A stretch of 62,900 nucleotides of DNA, counting the filler, from Octopus bimaculoides (lineage: Eukaryota): the NCBI RefSeq assembly GCF_001194135.2. It is 5 parts of 5 records of this genome, joined end to end, with 100 filler letters (N's around TTAATTAATTAA, not from the genome) between each part and the next. Parts side by side here need not be neighbours in the genome. Positions count along the whole stretch, not along the records: positions 17,074 to 25,464 come from NC_068985.1; positions 25,565 to 44,973 come from NC_068989.1; 3 more parts are not named here. One strand, given 5' to 3'. Both the position numbers and the translations under genes were made by a program. This document shows, piece after piece, positions 25,425 through 38,409 of this stretch (its first letter is position 1; the number at the start of each line of letters is the position of its first letter). Below the pieces are notes generated by a model. It was not told the origin of the DNA. It saw nothing but the letters and a program-made list of their open reading frames with translations, and searched no databases.

Positions 25425-25464
<40 letters not shown>

Positions 25465-25564
25465 NNNNNNNNNNNNNNNNNNNNNNNNNNNNNNNNNNNN
25501 NNNNNNNNTTAATTAATTAANNNNNNNNNNNNNNNNNNNNNNNNNNNNNNNNNNNNNNNNNNNN

Positions 25565-25600
<36 letters not shown>

Positions 25601-26269
25601 TATTATTTTGAGAGCATGTCTATGTGTGTGCAAGAAATGACTAAATCTTAGCATTCAGAGTTTTTATGGAAGTAATTGTAAATGTGGTGTGAAGGCTGCT
25701 GATAAATTGTTTGGTGTACATGACTGAGAAAGCTAACATTTCGTCCAGCATTGGAATGAAAAGAAATATATCTCGCTGACAGAACATGCGTGTTAACTAC
25801 TAACATTACAGTAAAGGATTAATGCTATTCTCACATTGAAACTATTGGCGCAACTTTTTAGCATACAACTGACTGACAGCGAATGTGGTTGACGTAGACT
25901 TTGCTTTACGTCTTAGCCACGAACAAAATAGATAACTAATAGGAAATGTCTAACACACCAAGATATTCTATCGCAAATCAATTTTTGTTAGAAAACTTTA
26001 TCAGAGATATAATATAACGTAATATGAATATATAAAAAAATTCTCTGAAATTATATATATATGGACAAAATATATTTAAGAGCGGACTCAATAGAAACAC
26101 ATAGATTCTAATACCTGAACTGAAATGATATTTAGAGATGGTATACTCAATTTTTAAAAAAATGCAAACTAAAAATGAAACTGTTTGGAATATAATGAAA
26201 TGGAAACTGAAAATCCTGTGCCTATATTTAAAAGCAAAGATATTTTACTTGCTTCGAAACGCATTGACT

Positions 26270-27646
26270 ATCGAAGAGGAAACACAAGAGGAACACAAAT
26301 AATAGCAGAAAACAAATGAAATCCTATGGAAAAGTTGGGTAGAATGCAAGATAGATAAATGTGCATGCGAAACATTTTCATAATGCACCGATTCCTAATG
26401 ACATCGTTCCAAAATGTATTCACGGAATAGCAAATTTTTGTGAATCTGAACTACTAAGTTTAAAATGTATTCCAGATGCTTTCCTCAATGTTTTCTTACC
26501 ATTGTGTGTTTTATAAAACTGACTTTAAAGACTATTTATTAACAGTCCAGCCATCGGAGAGCTCTTCTAACAACAAACGTTATTTAATTTAATTCGTTCA
26601 TAGAAGAAAATGTAAATTTATAAGATCATTTTTCAAGTATTTACATTGATCTAATTGCTGATATGGTAGATAAAATTTATGTTTCTGTTGCAAGAATAAA
26701 TATTAAAAGCACAATGTTGGATGTATCTTCAATTACATTCGTCCTCAACCACTAGCGGAGAAGCGCATGCTACAAGATTTCAAATCAGTAATAAACGTTC
26801 TGCGAAATTAGCCACTTTTATTCATTGAAAATCACTAAATGTAACAATCTTCTGTTTATTATGTGAAAATATGGCGTCTATATGCAATTCTATCACTACT
26901 TATTGAAATGCAATGGATTTCGTGGAGAAAGCATTGACACTTTTGAACTTCATGAAGAAATTAGGTTCTTTCTTTGCGAACATTCTTTTGAAATTTCAGA
27001 TAATCAAAGCATCAGTGCTGGAAGGGCTAATGGCAATTCTGATGTACTCTTCCACTTGACTTAGAATAATTCTGAAATGCACGGTGCTACTATTACCTGT
27101 TTCAGTGTCAAAATGTAAACTTAATGCACTGTATTGTAGAATAAACAAAAAATCCATGAGAGAATATGTTGTTATGGATGATGCGGAGCACTTTGAAAAC
27201 CTTGCTTTTTGTTCTGTCAAACACAGTTTCAACGAGTCAAACTAAGAATCTCAGTCTTCCAGCATGTCTCTGAATTATGCAAATGAACAGCAAAGAATTT
27301 CTGGTTGAAATTTAAAGCCAACCTTTAGTTGAAAACCCATTTTAGACTCGTTAAGTATTTTCCATAAGATGAAAAGGACCATCGAAAAGAAATTGCTGTG
27401 AATGTTACCTTAAAAATCAATATTCCAATAATGGGAACTGACAGATTTTGTATTGCATAAATAATGGAGTTCACTACTATAAGTGCAAAAGCTTTAAAAG
27501 CGTTAATGCGATTTCCAGCTACTTATTTATGCAAAAGGACATTTGCACTGTATGCATATAAAAAATATATTAGAAATAGAGTGAATACAGAAATAGACGT
27601 AGGATCACAAGTAACTTACATCTTTAGAAATACTAAAGTTCTATGA
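26270..27646 (+). pseudogene. decayed hAT (Charlie/Buster-like) transposase
   Basis: PIPNDIVPKCIHGIA (cf. PLSNDTV.RRI), LLCENMAS, FELHEEIRFFL and C-terminal dimerisation motif KALMRFPATYLCKRTF...IRNRVN; many stops and frameshifts; TIRs not found. Confidence 0.82.
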
Positions 27647-28964
27647 CCAGAAATAGGTTCATTGAACTTACTAACTTCTACAGCCTTGTTTGAATCTTTT
27701 AAACAACTTCGATAAGAAGAATTTATATTAACACAATAATATTTTACTGCTTATTTGCAATATGTAATTTTTTTAATTCCAAATATTTTGTAAGGTCGGA
27801 ATTGGGACATCATTCACCTTTCACAATTTTTCATCAAAGACATACGGCAAATAACTATATATAACTAAGAAGGAAACACTTCATTGCACTTGTTTGATTG
27901 GTTTTGCCGCAAGCAAATAATCTTGCTTTTAAAGCTTAATATCTCGCATCTACACTGTGAATTATTAACAGACAAAAGATCTGCAGAATTCAACACACAT
28001 CCAAATACAAACATACCACATTGTCATACACATTATTATAATTGGTATTATTACTACACATTATATATATATGAACGTATGTATGTATATATATATATAT
28101 ATATACATATATGTATGTTTGTGTGTATCTGCGAGTGATTACGTATGTGCGTATGTGTGTGTCTTCACAGAATCGTACATGTCTATATATTCATATATAC
28201 GTATGTATATACGCATACATGTGTAAATCAGGGGCGTATATTCCGGGTGTGCTAAGTGTGCACTGTACCCCCATCGAAAATGGCAAATTCATTTTAGATA
28301 TCAACTTTACTCGTTAATTTACTCACAAAACTGAAAGAAAAACGTTTACTCCTGCTTGAAATTTCATGGTATTGAGTGTGGCAGTAAACACAATAAAACA
28401 AACACGAATACGCTACTGGTGCATATGTATGTGTGTATGTGAATGTGTATATATATATATATANNNNNNNNNNNNNNNNNNNNNNNNNNNNNNNNNNNNN
28501 NNNNNNNNNNNNNNNNNNNNNNNNNNNNNNNNNNNNNNNNNNNNNNNNNNNNNNNNNNNNNNNNNNNNNNNNNNNNNNNNNNNNNNNNNNNNNNNNNNNN
28601 NNNNNNNNNNNNNNNNNNNNNNNNNNNNNNNNNNNNNNNNNNNNNNNNNNNNNNNNNNNNNNNNNNNNNNNNNNNNNNNNNNNNNNNNNNNNNNNNNNNN
28701 NNNNNNNNNNNNNNNNNNNNNNNNNNNNNNNNNNNNNNNNNNNNNNNNNNNNNNNNNNNNNNNNNNNNNNNNNNNNNNNNNNNNNNNNNNNNNNNNNNNN
28801 NNNNNNNNNNNNNNNNNNNNNNNNNNNNNNNNNNNNNNNNNNNNNNNNNNNNNNNNNNNNNNNNNNNNNNNNNNNNNNNNNNNNNNNNNNNNNNNNNNNN
28901 NNNNNNNNNNNNNNNNNNNNNNNNNNNNNNNNNNNNNNNNNNNNNNNNNNNNNNNNNNNNNNNN

Positions 28965-29009
<45 letters not shown>

Positions 29010-29439
29010 GATATATATATACATAGATATAAACGGACAGGCTTATATAAGCCCATACACACCATACATGCATAAATACGTAAACCTTTTTATAGTTTCA
29101 GAAGTTTGGAAATATCTGATTCGAAGAGTTTGGGCCAAAACTTTGTTTATTTACAGATAGGCTTTATTTCACTTATTTATTTTCAGATTCGATGTCTTCT
29201 ATTTTAATACCTGAGAATTCCAAACAGGTGCATGAAATGAGTGAAATAAAGATCAGGGGCGCTTGGCTCCACGCAGAAACTGCAGGATCCACTCAGAAGT
29301 TTTTCAAGCTCTTCTAAATTCATTAAAGTGCTGGAAACTCGTCTGTATTATCAGCAAGTATCTCAGAGTTACAATCATGTTACCTTTTAGTCTGTAGGCT
29401 TCATTCGAGTAAGGCAGCGTTGAGCGAGCTACTTTTCAC

Positions 29440-29910
29440 CTATGGAAGGGCTTGTTTCTCTTGCGATCTTTTTTCAACCATAGCAGTCTTGAGCTAGTTT
29501 TCATTTCCTTGTCTATTTTCTGATGGCATTCTTCACTCATCCGGTTTCCAGTTCTATCTTTTGCAGGAAATAGCGCACTATTCTAGATGGAAAGCCGTAT
29601 CAGCTGACTTCAATGGCGAACATCGACACATGTAAGCCCTTGATAAGGGCCTCATACACTTAGTCCATATATTTCAATTTCTTTCCCTAGTGGGAAATAT
29701 AGAGTATTTCCTCCCAGGGTACAGTGAGTTTGATCATGAAGATAATTTTCATATTCATGGAGAGCAGTAACATGTCTGGTCAGAGTGATGTTACCACTAT
29801 CTCCTCTAATAAGACAAGTCTGCTACCTCGGGTCTACCTGCATCTCCAAGTTTGAGGCTGAACGCAATACAGAAAATGGTTTACCTTCTATCGCTTTCGC
29901 CTTGGATGAT
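29440..29910 (+). mobile_element. ancient RTE LINE RT remnant
   Basis: ILDGKPYQLTSM (cf. DGKLFNL) and VCYLGST...AERNTENGLPSIAF (cf. YLGS...AE...RIGKAS.AF). Confidence 0.55.
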
Positions 29911-31041
29911 GTGTCACATTCCTTTAGGAATTTTATAGCCTTGATGATGGTGGTGACTGATGTTTATTAGCCTTCACTCTCTGCGGATCAGCCCACTCGA
30001 CAATTTCTCCAAGAACCTTGTCATGTCTCTACTCGTATCGGCCCAGTTCCGTAAGGCATCCGGTCAAAATGTGGGTGTATAAATAGAAAAAAAATTAAAT
30101 AATCACAGACGAGTGGCTGCCTTACTTATTCGCAGGTCTTTGTTCGTATGTTTTCTTTTCGTCCCAAACATAAGGCTTTTATGGTTATGAACAGTTTAAA
30201 AAAACTGCAATAATTGATAATGTTGAAGGTGCATTCAGTAACTCAAAAATGTCTAATTTAGGCACAATATCAGACAATTTGCCGGAAGTGGGTTAGATGA
30301 CGTCGCCGACACCAATATTCAACTCGTGCTTGACTTATCGACCCATAGAGATGCAAGTCAATGTTGGGTTGGCAGAATTTCAACTGAAACCGTAAACTAC
30401 CAGAGTAAATATCGCAAATCTTTTGATATGCGCTCAGCCAATTTTGCCAATCCAACAACATTCCTACTTCTGATATGCATATAGGATCTGAAACTATTTG
30501 GTAGTGGTGTTTACCGATTATATCGATTTCGAAATTATAAAAGACAATACTGACCCTAGGCTTTGACCTCAGAAAGCAATAAGCCAGAAGAAATGCCGAA
30601 AGGCAGTTTGTCAACGCGCTAATTATTCTGCACATCTACTGTCCTTGCAATACAAATAATACAAAACTAATGATATTAAATCGTTGGTTTTTCTAATGAA
30701 GTGTATCGAAAATAATTATAAAGTGAAAATAGTATAATAGTATATGTAATACTTTTTAACAGTCACTGGAAATAACTGAATAACAGGAAATTGGCGTCTG
30801 TCTAAAGAAAATATTTCTCCGTTAAATTCAGTCTTGAGAGTAAAGTCGATTAAGGTTTTCTTTGTGTATGTTTATTATTATTATTTTTATTATTACCAGC
30901 CACTTTTTACGAACGTTAATGCAAAGTTACCCGTTATACTAACATGCAAAGACAGGCACTAGATATCTCATTTGCAATCAGGGTGGCCTAATATATATAC
31001 ATATATACATATATACATAAATATATACGCACACAAATAGA

Positions 31042-31185
<144 letters not shown>

Positions 31186-31967
31186 GATAGACAGATAGAT
31201 AGGCAGACAGACAGACAGAAGACAAACTTACTTATATACTTATATACATATACAGATACATACATTCAATAATATATAAAGTAGTATACGCAGGAAAAGA
31301 ACTCACTTAATATTTATACACGCCTACACACGTACATATATGTGTGTATATGTATGTACCTAAGTATATGCATGTGTATGTAATGTTTATTGTTCGTAAA
31401 TATGTCAAAACATTATACAGAAAGAAATGGAAGAACAAACTGCAGGGTATATTTGTTTGACGCTCAGGAGTAATGAGAAAGTGTTTTGACGTTTCGAGCC
31501 TCCGCTCTTCTTGAATAAGAAATAGCGAAAGAAGACAAATGGAGAGAGAAAATATGGAGACAAACAATACGTGTCTAAATTAAGGGTGTTATATGTTGAA
31601 CTGTTTTATATGTAATGTTTACATATATAAATAACTGTATGCATATATATGCATATACATATATAAATATAAATGAGTGTGTGTATGTGTACATATACAT
31701 ACATATCTGTGTGTATGTCTCTCTCTCTGTCTATGTGCGTAAGACTGAGACATTGATCCCCTCATGTATGTTTTTGCATGTTAATAGAATATCACTGGAG
31801 TATGTGGAGAAGTAACTCAGGGCTCTATTCACGAGTGATGCTTGTATTCGATGCCAGATTTGTAGATGCTGACACATTAGCACCAGCTCCAGCATTCAAT
31901 TATTTACAGAAGTGGAGAAGGTGAAACTAACTATCTTCAGTTCCATTTCCGTGCCTATTTTGACCTA

Positions 31968-32170
31968 TTCTTTTATTTGTTTGAGTCATTTGACTGCGGG
32001 CATGCTGGAGCACCGCCTTTAATAAAAAAAAATCGACCCCAGGACTTATTCTTTGTGAGCTTAGTACTAATTCTATCCGTCACTTTTGCCGAAACGCTAA
32101 GTTACGGGGACGTAAACATACCAGTATCGGTTGCCAAGCGATGTTGAGGGAGCAAACACAGACACACAAA

Positions 32171-32225
<55 letters not shown>

Positions 32226-32492
32226 CATAATATATATATATATGTATNNNNNNNNNNNNNNNNNNNNNNNNNNNNNNNNNNNNNNNNNNNNNNNNNNNNN
32301 NNNNNNNNNNNNNNNNNNNATATATATATATATATATATATATATATACGACGGGCTTCTTTCAGTTTCTGTCTACCAACTCCACTCACAAGACTTTGGT
32401 CGGCCCAAGGATATAGTAGAAGACACTTTCCCAAGGTGCCACGCCGTGGAACGGAACCCGGAACCATGTGGTTGGTAAGAGCAGCCACTCCC
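31968..32492 (-). mobile_element. family B SINE spanning a small gap
   Basis: Homologous to 18003-18406 and 40872-41266. Confidence 0.88.
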
Positions 32493-34467
32493 ACAATCAT
32501 GAATGTTGTTTAAATTTCGAACGGGTACGATTTTAATACAAGCGACCATAATGAAGTAGCGTTACTCTGGAGCAGCGTTACTCGACGGATTGCGTGGCTC
32601 GGAAATCAGGCAGTCTCTCTTGGCTGACCTACTACTTCAAAATGACAGATGGCCGCACCTGCACTACGAGCATGCGATTAGAATGTTGCAGGAAAGGATC
32701 ACAAGACGGATTGCTGAAGCCGAGTCAACCGGGGGGAAACCTATAGATAAAACGAGATGGTTGGGTACCATTCAGAATCTCAGTTGGTCGTGTTTGGGAA
32801 ACCAGGTGGATGATCTAATGATGATTGCCTCTGTTAGGATCTATAGTTGACCTAGAAAATGTAGTCGAGAATGGATGGATGGGTGCATCTATATGTATAT
32901 GTATAGTTCAATATTTCGTAATATCACAAAATGTAGTAGTTACAAGTTATTTCTATCGCATATCATACAGACAGAATGCTTTAAAAATAAATTATGTAAA
33001 ACGTACTTGATGACTCATTGTATATATTAAATATTCGTACACATACTTTTTTTCTGATTTTAACAGGAACTTATCTATTCACTAAATCGTGTGGCAAGTG
33101 AATTTATTTATCTGGAAAATTCAGAACATTTGTAAATTTTTTAGGTACACGTTACTTACAAATGTATTTAATTTCAATGTTTTTCGTGACAAGAAAAATC
33201 ACACCACCTCAGTGATTATATAGTTGATTTGAGCTTTTAACAAGCGGATATGATGCATAAGTTGAAGAATCGGAAATTCTGAAACGTAGAATAGTTTAAA
33301 TAGGAATGAAACGGAAGCCGTTATCGTAGTAGTATTGTTATATTTTTTCAGTGACGCTTCGTTTTTATCTAAATGATGGAAATGATGCGGTGTCTTTGAA
33401 TATTAGTCGTGGGTTAATGAAACAAAGCGAACCCTATGATGGAAGGTTATGAACAACATTCTGACAACTTATGCTGGAAATTCAATTCATGACAAACCGC
33501 TGAACATAATGTCTATGTATTATCGAGAAAGTGTGTTTGATAATGTCTAGTACCTTTAATCTAAGGAAGAACTACGCAAGGGATGCATGTAGGGAAAATA
33601 TCTTCAATTATCTAGCATGATTTTTATGGGCTTTGTTTATTGGCAGTGTAACAACTCTCTAGCTATATTTATAATCATCCAATGGCGGCAGGAAATGAGA
33701 TTGATTGATACTAGCCATTTATAATAGGGGTAATAACTACATATTTAATTAATAAATGGCTGATTTTATTATTTCCAACACTTTCAAATTCAAAATCAAC
33801 AGCTAACGATTTAATAACATTGTGTCGCTAGATCACTAACGTATTTATCGGTGTGACTTTATGGATTCCCTTTTAAGAATTGCTCGGTTTTCAACGTCGT
33901 TATCTCATGTTAAATAATCATTTACTATTTCTTGTAAACAAGTGGTGTTTAACAGATGGCTAGCGCATTTTAATTATTTCAATAAACTTTTCTTCTCCAG
34001 CTGATTCATATCAGAAGGTAATAATGTTGTAGGTCATCTATATACTACATATTGTTCAACATTCTGTTTAGCAGAAAGTTAGTCAATAGTTCGGTTGTTT
34101 GAAGCACGGAGAAGCGTATTGATTGAATAAGACATGGTTTTATATTTCAAACAAATAAAACTATACCATCCATTATGCACCTATTCAATTTCTAGCCTAC
34201 GGCAAATCCTCTAAGTGGTGATTCACACAATTAGAAATAATATCCAAATAACATTCAAAAGACATTCTACGGTCAAAAGAACAAAATAATCATCTGAAAT
34301 TAAGACAGCGCTGTCAAAGCTTAAGCGATTTTCTTCATCGATGGGTTCGATCGCAGGCATGATGTAAAGCAATAACAACCACGATGACCACAACTTATTA
34401 GCATTAAAAACATCACTTACTAAATATATATATATATATATATGTAAATAAGTATTTAAATATTTAC

Positions 34468-34512
<45 letters not shown>

Positions 34513-34515
<3 letters not shown>

Positions 34516-35399
34516 GAGGGGGACACCGAAAAGAATTCAGAATTTTGTAATATCTTATCCACTTAGTTTTAAATGTTTACTTTTTATCGTCTTCAAAGTG
34601 TTCTGCCTTTGAAGCAATGAATCAGTCCAGGTGCGTTTCCCACTATTCGAAGCAGTGTTGGAACTCTTACAAAGTGATGCCCATTAACACCTCCGTCGTA
34701 TTTTTCTTCACCACCTCCACATCTGCAAATTGAGTAGCACGAGCTTTCGTCACCAGTGATGACCTTCGAAAAAAAGGTCTGGATCAACTTCCAACTGTTT
34801 CTGTCAGTTCACGACAAGAATTTAGTTGTGACTTCTTTTGTTCTTCCGAGAGTAAGCGAGGCACATATTCTTTACATTCGGAATTCCTCGCTCAAAATTC
34901 ATTGGTAGGAGCCCCAGGACATACCAGTCACATCAAAAGTTCATCAATTCTTTGGTGATAGTCCTCCAAGATCAGTTCATGAATTTTCATTCGTGCGAGA
35001 AGTCGACGGTCCTCTTGAACGAGGTTGGTCTTGAAGCAACAAGTAACCATACCGAAAGTGTAGAAACCACTCGTGAACTTACATGTGTTTTATTCATGTC
35101 AGTGTCCTTGTAAGCTCTTTGAAGTATGACAGCTGTATAGGCCGCCGTTCTCCTCAGCAGAAAACAGAATTTCACGGAAGCACGCTGCTCCTTCGTTTTA
35201 GCCATCGCAAAATCGCCGAACAGGGGAAAAGCACAGCAAAGCAAGGATGTACTACGCGGCGTACGATTTCAGTAAAGAAGGCCGGTCGACAGACTGATGC
35301 ATGAGGGTCGCATCAAGTGGGTTCTAGCGGCGGAAGCCGAAACTACATCAGGCTTGTCCTACAGAGAATTTTCTGGTTAGTTTTGGGCACGCCCACGTA
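34513..35399 (-). mobile_element. internally deleted mariner element with degenerate TIRs and TA ends
   Basis: Left end TACGAGGGGGACACCGAAAAG and right end (reverse complement) TACGTGGGCGTGCCCAAAAC; N-terminus MAKTKEQRASVKFCF, KVITGDES first catalytic motif, then a jump to C-terminal FQHCFE*W...IASKAEHFEDD. Confidence 0.88.
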
Positions 35400-37148
35400 T
35401 ATATATATGTGGGGGGGGGGAGGTGAGAGAGCGTGTGCGTGTGTGTGTGTGTCTGTCTGTCTGTGCACGCGCTTGTGTGTATGTATTTTAAAATTCATAT
35501 ATGTACATATATGTATATATATATATGTTTATATATATATATATATATATCTATATATATATATATATATATATAAGCAATGTTAATTCTCTAAATGAAG
35601 TATTAACAGTAACTGCACGATGAAGTGTAGTATATTGCCACTTAAGTGTGGCTGACCCCTAGGGGTGGATGTTACTGTTGNNNNNNNNNNNNNNNNNNNN
35701 NNNNNNNNNNNNNNNNNNNNNNNNNNNNNNNNNNNNNNNNNNNNNNNNNNNNNNNNNNNNNNNNNNNNNNNNNNNNNNNNNNNNNNNNNNNNNNNNNNNN
35801 NNNNNNNNNNNNNNNNNNNNNNNNNNNNNNNNNNNNNNNNNNNNNNNNNNNNNNNNNNNNNNNNNNNNNNNNNNNNNNNNNNNNNNNNNNNNNNNNNNNN
35901 NNNNNNNNNNNNNNNNNNNNNNNNNNNNNNNNNNNNNNNNNNNNNNNNNNNNNNNNNNNNNNNNNNNNNNNNNNNNNNNNNNNNNNNNNNNNNNNNNNNN
36001 NNNNNNNNNNNNNNNNNNNNNNNNNNNNNNNNNNNNNNNNNNNNNNNNNNNNNNNNNNNNNNNNNNNNNNNNNNNNNNNNNNNNNNNNNNNNNNNNNNNN
36101 NNNNNNNNNNNNNNNNNNNNNNNNNNNNNNNNNNNNNNNNNNNNNNNNNNNNNNNNNNNNNNNNNNNNNNNNNNNNNNNNNNNNNNNNNNNNNNNNNNNN
36201 NNNNNNNNNNNNNNNNNNNNNNNNNNNNNNNNNNNNNNNNNNNNNNNNNNNNNNNNNNNNNNNNNNNNNNNNNNNNNNNNNNNNNNNNNNNNNNNNNNNN
36301 NNNNNNNNNNNNNNNNNNNNNNNNNNNNNNNNNNNNNNNNNNNNNNNNNNNNNNNNNNNNNNNNNNNNNNNNNNNNNNNNNNNNNNNNNNNNATATATAC
36401 ACGTACATATATGTTTGTATATGTATAAAGCATAAACACATGAATACAAAATATGTATACATGCATACATAAATGCGTACACACATGCATACATACATAC
36501 ATACATACATATATACATACATACATACATACATACATACATACATACATGTGTACGAAATTGCGTGCGCGTATCCACAACTGCATTTTCTGAAAAGATT
36601 TTTTGTTTTAAATAGTCGAAACGAACAACACGATGTAATAAATATCGAATAAATAACAAACACATCTCACACTTTGATATCCTGATCTGACAGAAGCACA
36701 TATCCAAAATGAGAAACTATGCGCAATAGGTTAGTTCAAACATGTGATGGTTATTAAAAATATGTTAAATAATCCGAATCATTACAAAAGCGAATTCCTT
36801 TATAAGCCATCCGTTTGATCATGAATGAATCTTATGATATTATATTACTTACGTTACTTATGCTATAGCAGCAAATATTTCTATTTTACTTTTGAAGAAT
36901 GCTAATGTTCAGTTGAGACAAACAATTTTTCCTTGTATCTAACAATATCCTTTGCAATTATGACACGAACATCGTATGATTGCACATAGATCTATGCGAG
37001 CAGTTCTATGACTGTTTGCATAAATGAGTATTTGTGAGCAAGCACTATGTAAATTTAAATATTTTTATATGAATATGTGTGAATTCAAGTAGGTATATAT
37101 GTATATATATATATATATATATATGCACACATATATATATACGCACAC

Positions 37149-37181
<33 letters not shown>

Positions 37182-37782
37182 TATATATACATATGTGTGT
37201 ATGCATATCTCTATCAATGTCTCTTTACATAAATCTGTGTGTGTGTGTGTGTGTGGTAAATGAAAATGGAAGAAAGAAGAGACGAACATTTTTATTAATC
37301 ACTGCAATTGTTTCGACACATGTAGTATTGATCCTTCACGGGTGGGATATTTTACAACTGGTTCAGGAGTATCCGACGGTGTAGATTTGTCTCTTCGGGT
37401 GGTAAACAGATACAAGTCGGTAAAACATGTTAAAATAAGATTTCTCCAATGTATCTTCTCATTTCTTGTAATGAAAAGCAGCAAATTAAAGGATATAGCT
37501 TCGTTTATATAAACGATCTGTTATAAAATAACAGATGCAAAAAGAAACGAACACGCAATACAGCGAAAAAGTATTTAAAATAACTGTTAACGGATATGGA
37601 TGTATAAACGCTCTCGCGTAAGTTGTATGGCGCACGTACACTCGCTGATGCCAGCATCCACGAAGATGTAAGGATATGTATACATTTGGTTTGGTGCTCA
37701 TACTTTCACATAGCAAGTTAAATAGCTACTTGGTGTTTATAAGAATGGAGAGGTTAAAGCTAGGCTTAATTCATTCATACCT

Positions 37783-38211
37783 TTTAGTAAGTTTTGTTAA
37801 CAGTTACTCAAGTTCATTTTCACTGCATTGTGCGAAAGTACATTTATATGCGTGTAGGCATCTTGAAATTCTTTCAGAAATGTTATTAATGATCTTCTCA
37901 TTGGTCCACAGAATAGACAGGGATTCTTCGGAGCAGAGCTGGCATCTCATGGAAATGATATTATACGGTTTTGCGTGGATTATTATGGGCAAAGTTATGC
38001 TATACCTAATTTCATTTTCCTTCAGCCGCCTTAAAATATCGGCCAAAGATGTTGAATGTCTCTTATTGATTCTCTTGAAGCTGGCGACATGGTTACAATA
38101 ATGGTTTTGAATGAATCAGACGTTTGCCCAGCGTAAACATACGGTCCTCCCTTTCTGTGCACGGTATATTTATATACAAAATTCGTACTGATACAGATGT
38201 TCATCAATTGG
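37783..38211 (-). mobile_element. Penelope-like element, GIY-YIG endonuclease C-terminus
   Basis: NFVYKYTVHRKGGPYVYAGQTSDSFKT, YCNHVASF, LRRLKENEIRYSIT, AKPYNIISMRCQLCSEE and RCLH; one frameshift; 3' region probably continues to about 37260. Confidence 0.82.
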
Positions 38212-38406
38212 CACACAAAACCATATAATATCATATCCAGGAGATGCCTGCTCTGTTCCGACGAATCCCTGTCTATTTTGTGGACCAATGAGAAGATCAT
38301 TAATAGAATTTCTGAAAGACTCCCAAGATGCCTACATGCATATAAATGTACTCTCGCACAATGCAGTGAGAATGAATTTGAGTAACTGTTAGCATAATTT
38401 ACTCAG
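38212..38406 (+). mobile_element. inverted partial copy of the Penelope-like 3' end
   Basis: About 195-bp inverted repeat of 37783-37977 at roughly 88-90% identity by eye; HTKPYNIISRRCLLCSDESL...ENEFE*. Confidence 0.85.
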
Positions 38407-38409
38407 GAT

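Noticed and set aside
28229-28380. CAGGGGCGTA... start resembling a hAT MITE TIR
   Set aside because: No partner TIR or TSD is visible before the gap at 28464
31780-31920. Open frame YHWSMWRSNSGLYSRVMLVFDARFVDADTLAPAPAFNYLQKWR after an AG
   Set aside because: Weak donor (GTGAAA), unrecognised peptide and no partner exon
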